Origin: an uncultured bacterium
GTDB lineage: Bacteria; Verrucomicrobiota; Verrucomicrobiia; Limisphaerales; UBA8199
Assembly: GCA_963749495.1 (NCBI GenBank)
Contig: CAVVMW010000005.1
Span: 128,001-192,000 of the forward strand
DNA: 64,000 nucleotides
Direction of reading: 5' to 3'
The notes under the pieces are model-generated. The model was not told where the DNA came from. It ran no database searches and saw nothing but the letters and a program-made list of their open reading frames with translations. Every line of letters starts with the position of its first letter. The first letter of the stretch is position 1. A program made the translations under genes and the position numbers. Of this stretch, positions 61,701 through 64,000 are shown piece by piece.

Positions 61701-63705
61701 TGTGCAACGCTCCCGCCGCGACGGCAGTTACGCCGCCCAGACCGTTGGGCACCGTCGCCTGGCCAAAACTATTGTCTCCCCACCCCACGACCGTCCCGTC
61801 CTGCTTGAGCGCCAGGCTGTGAAGGTATCCCGCGGCGACGCCAATCACTCCACTCAGACCGCTGGGTACCGCCGACTGGCCGGAGCTATCGTCTCCCCAC
61901 GCCACGACGGTCCCGTCTCGCCTGAGCGCCAGGTTGTGAGCGCCTCCCGCCGCGATGGCGATCACGCCACCCAGACCGTTTGGCACCGTGGTCTGGCCGG
62001 AGCTATTGTCTCCCCACGCGACGACCGTCCCGTCCTGCTTGAGCGCCAGGCTGTGATAATATCCCGCCGCGATGGCGATCACGGCGCCCAGACCGCCGGG
62101 CACTGTCGCCTGGCCGCAGTAACGCCCTAGGCTATGGGGGGAATTGGGGTCGAACACGTAGTTCCATCCCCACGCGACGACCGTTCCGTCCTGCTTGAGC
62201 GCCAGGCTGTGATACGCGCCCGCCGCGACGGCAACCACGCCGTTGAGGCCGCTGGGCACCGTCGCCTGTCCCTGGGAGTCGTTTCCCCACGCGACGACCG
62301 TTCCGTCCTGCTTGAGCGCCAGACTGTGCTCCCCGTTCACCCCGACAACATCCGCTCCCGTCGCTATGGCGATCACCGCGCTCAGACCGCCTGGCACCGG
62401 CGATGGATACCCGCCCCACGCGACGAGCGTCCCGTCCTGCTTGAGCGCCAGGTTCGGGCTCCCCGCTGCGATGGCAATCACTCCGCTCAGGCCGGTGGGC
62501 ACCGGCGGTGGAAACCAGTCCCACGCGACAACCGTCCCGTCCTGCTTGAGCGCCAGGCTGTAACTTCCCGACGCCGCGACGGCGATCACCCCGTTCAGAC
62601 CGGCGGGCACCGTTGACTGGCCCTCGGAGTTGATTCCCCACGCGACGACCGTCCCGTCCCGTTTCAGGGCCAGGCTATGCTCGTATCCCCCCGCGACGGC
62701 AATCACCCCGCTCAGACCGCTCGGCACCGTTGCTTGGCCCTCATCGTAAGCCCCGGATTGGCCAGGCCCGCCTGCCCCCCAGGCGACGACCGTCCCGTCC
62801 TGCTTGACCGCCAGGCTGTGTAACGAGCCTGCCGCGATGGCAATCACCCCGCTCAGGCCGGCCGGTGGCTTCTCCTGGACCCAGGTGTTGCCATTCCAAA
62901 TCGTGCCCCAGGCGACGACCGTCCCGTCCTGCTTGAGGGCCAGGCTGTGCTCCTCGCCCGCCGCAATGGCAATCACTCCACTCAGACCGATGGGCACCGT
63001 GCACTCGCCAAACCGGTTGTCTCCCCACGCGACGACGGTCCCGTCCTGCTTGAGCGCCAGGCTGTGATAGTCGCCCGCCGCGACGGCGATCACGCCGGTG
63101 AGGCCGCTGGGCACCGCCGCTTGGCCGTAGGTGTTGTCTCCCCACGCGACGACGGTTCCGTCCTGCCCGACTGCCAGGCTGGCGCCTCCCGCCGCGATGG
63201 CCTTGAAGCGTGTGCCGGGCAGAACCAGAGGGATCGTTGGCTCGCCCCAACTGATAACGGTTCCAGCAAGCCGTTGGGCTGGGGCAGCACACGGAAGCCA
63301 GATCGTCGAGGCCAGGAGGAATGCGAGAAGGCCGGAGGCAACTTGTGGATGAAGCGGCGGAGGCAATTTCCGGCAAGCCGTGTCATGCTGGAGTCGGGTG
63401 CGATTAAAACTGTCGGTCCGCCCACAGCGCCTTTTTGCCCCGGAGGGGCTTGCGACAATAGCCCGGCGTTTCAACGCCGGGTGGGCGGATCGGAGGAGCA
63501 GGTCCGTCCCGAAGGGACGGCTGAGAGCAACGAGTGTGCTCAGTCGTCCCTTCGGGACGAAGGTCCTTTCTGCGGCCTCCCCGGCGTTGAAACGCCGGGC
63601 TATTGTCAGATGTCCCGCCGGGACAAAACTCCCGGGCCGGATGCCGGATGCTTTTAATCCCATCCGCCGGAATCCGAGCCGTTGGTTAAAGCGTTGTATT
63701 TTCAT
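58704..63705 (-). CDS. Giant secreted RCC1-repeat/Ig protein; frameshift near 59090; in-frame MITE in its signal region
   Basis: More than 20 VPSGLSGVIAIAAG..HSLALKQDGTVVAWG repeats plus Ig modules. The C-terminus continues in ORF 58704..59078 (…PYFDTTMWRQPPRLYRL). Confidence 0.88.
63396..63665. mobile_element. 270-bp MITE with 14-bp IRs and degenerate 9-bp TSD, carrying a four-arm REP
   Basis: GGGTGCGATTAAAA versus the reverse complement GGATGGGATTAAAA; flanks GCTGGAGTC (63387-63395) and GCCGGAATC (63666-63674). Confidence 0.75.
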
Positions 63706-64000
63706 ATCGTGCTCATTGAGGATTGAACGGTGGGTTCAGCCGGATGCGACCAGGCCGGGGTATGAACCTCCGCCTGGCAACCGAAGCCGAAGAAAGTCTC
63801 CGAACTCCGTTGCCCTGTGCGCCCCGCCATGCCCAGGCCGGATTCACTTGACCGGCAAGGGAGTTGCCCCGTCAAAAGAAGTAAGCCCCGAACCGACGCT
63901 TGCTGATTCCGAGCAGCTCGATTGCATTAGGAGTGCATCAGGAACCAGGCTCTTTGTCAAGAACATCTATGGAAGGAAACGGTTGGTCCTTCCCGCGCGT

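Overview
High-GC bacterial chromosomal window, most consistent with Verrucomicrobiota (Pedosphaera/Limisphaerales-like). This is inferred from five prepilin-cleavage/H-X9-DG paralogs, GloVer-repeat proteins and large secreted Ig/RCC1/NHL/LamG proteins with Verrucomicrobia-type C-termini. The window is an accessory, heavily rearranged region. It holds three IS elements with visible ends (a large HTH-DDE element at a GAATC site, a DUF4338-fused IS701, an IS630), remnants of ISAs1, IS1, RAYT and a resolvase, many deletion-truncated genes, and nested MITE/REP and tandem-repeat elements. Four things stand out. (1) A 19.6-22.8 kb island carries a C-protein-regulated Type II R-M system, a small basic protein and an IS1-type transposase that share a 20-bp palindromic operator, and a cleanly folding tRNA-Ile-like gene with the aberrant anticodon ACT. 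(2) An orphan Hcp is the last gene of a translationally coupled operon with a methyltransferase and a Tat-like exported protein, divergent from a SPINDLY/OGT-like glycosyltransferase. (3) MITE shells carry REP arrays as Russian-doll nests; one sits in frame in a signal peptide. (4) A five-copy 25-bp palindrome lies in a repeated module interspersed with small cargo genes (44-52 kb). Several single-base frameshifts look like long-read indel errors. All product calls come from motif recognition by eye, not from database searches.
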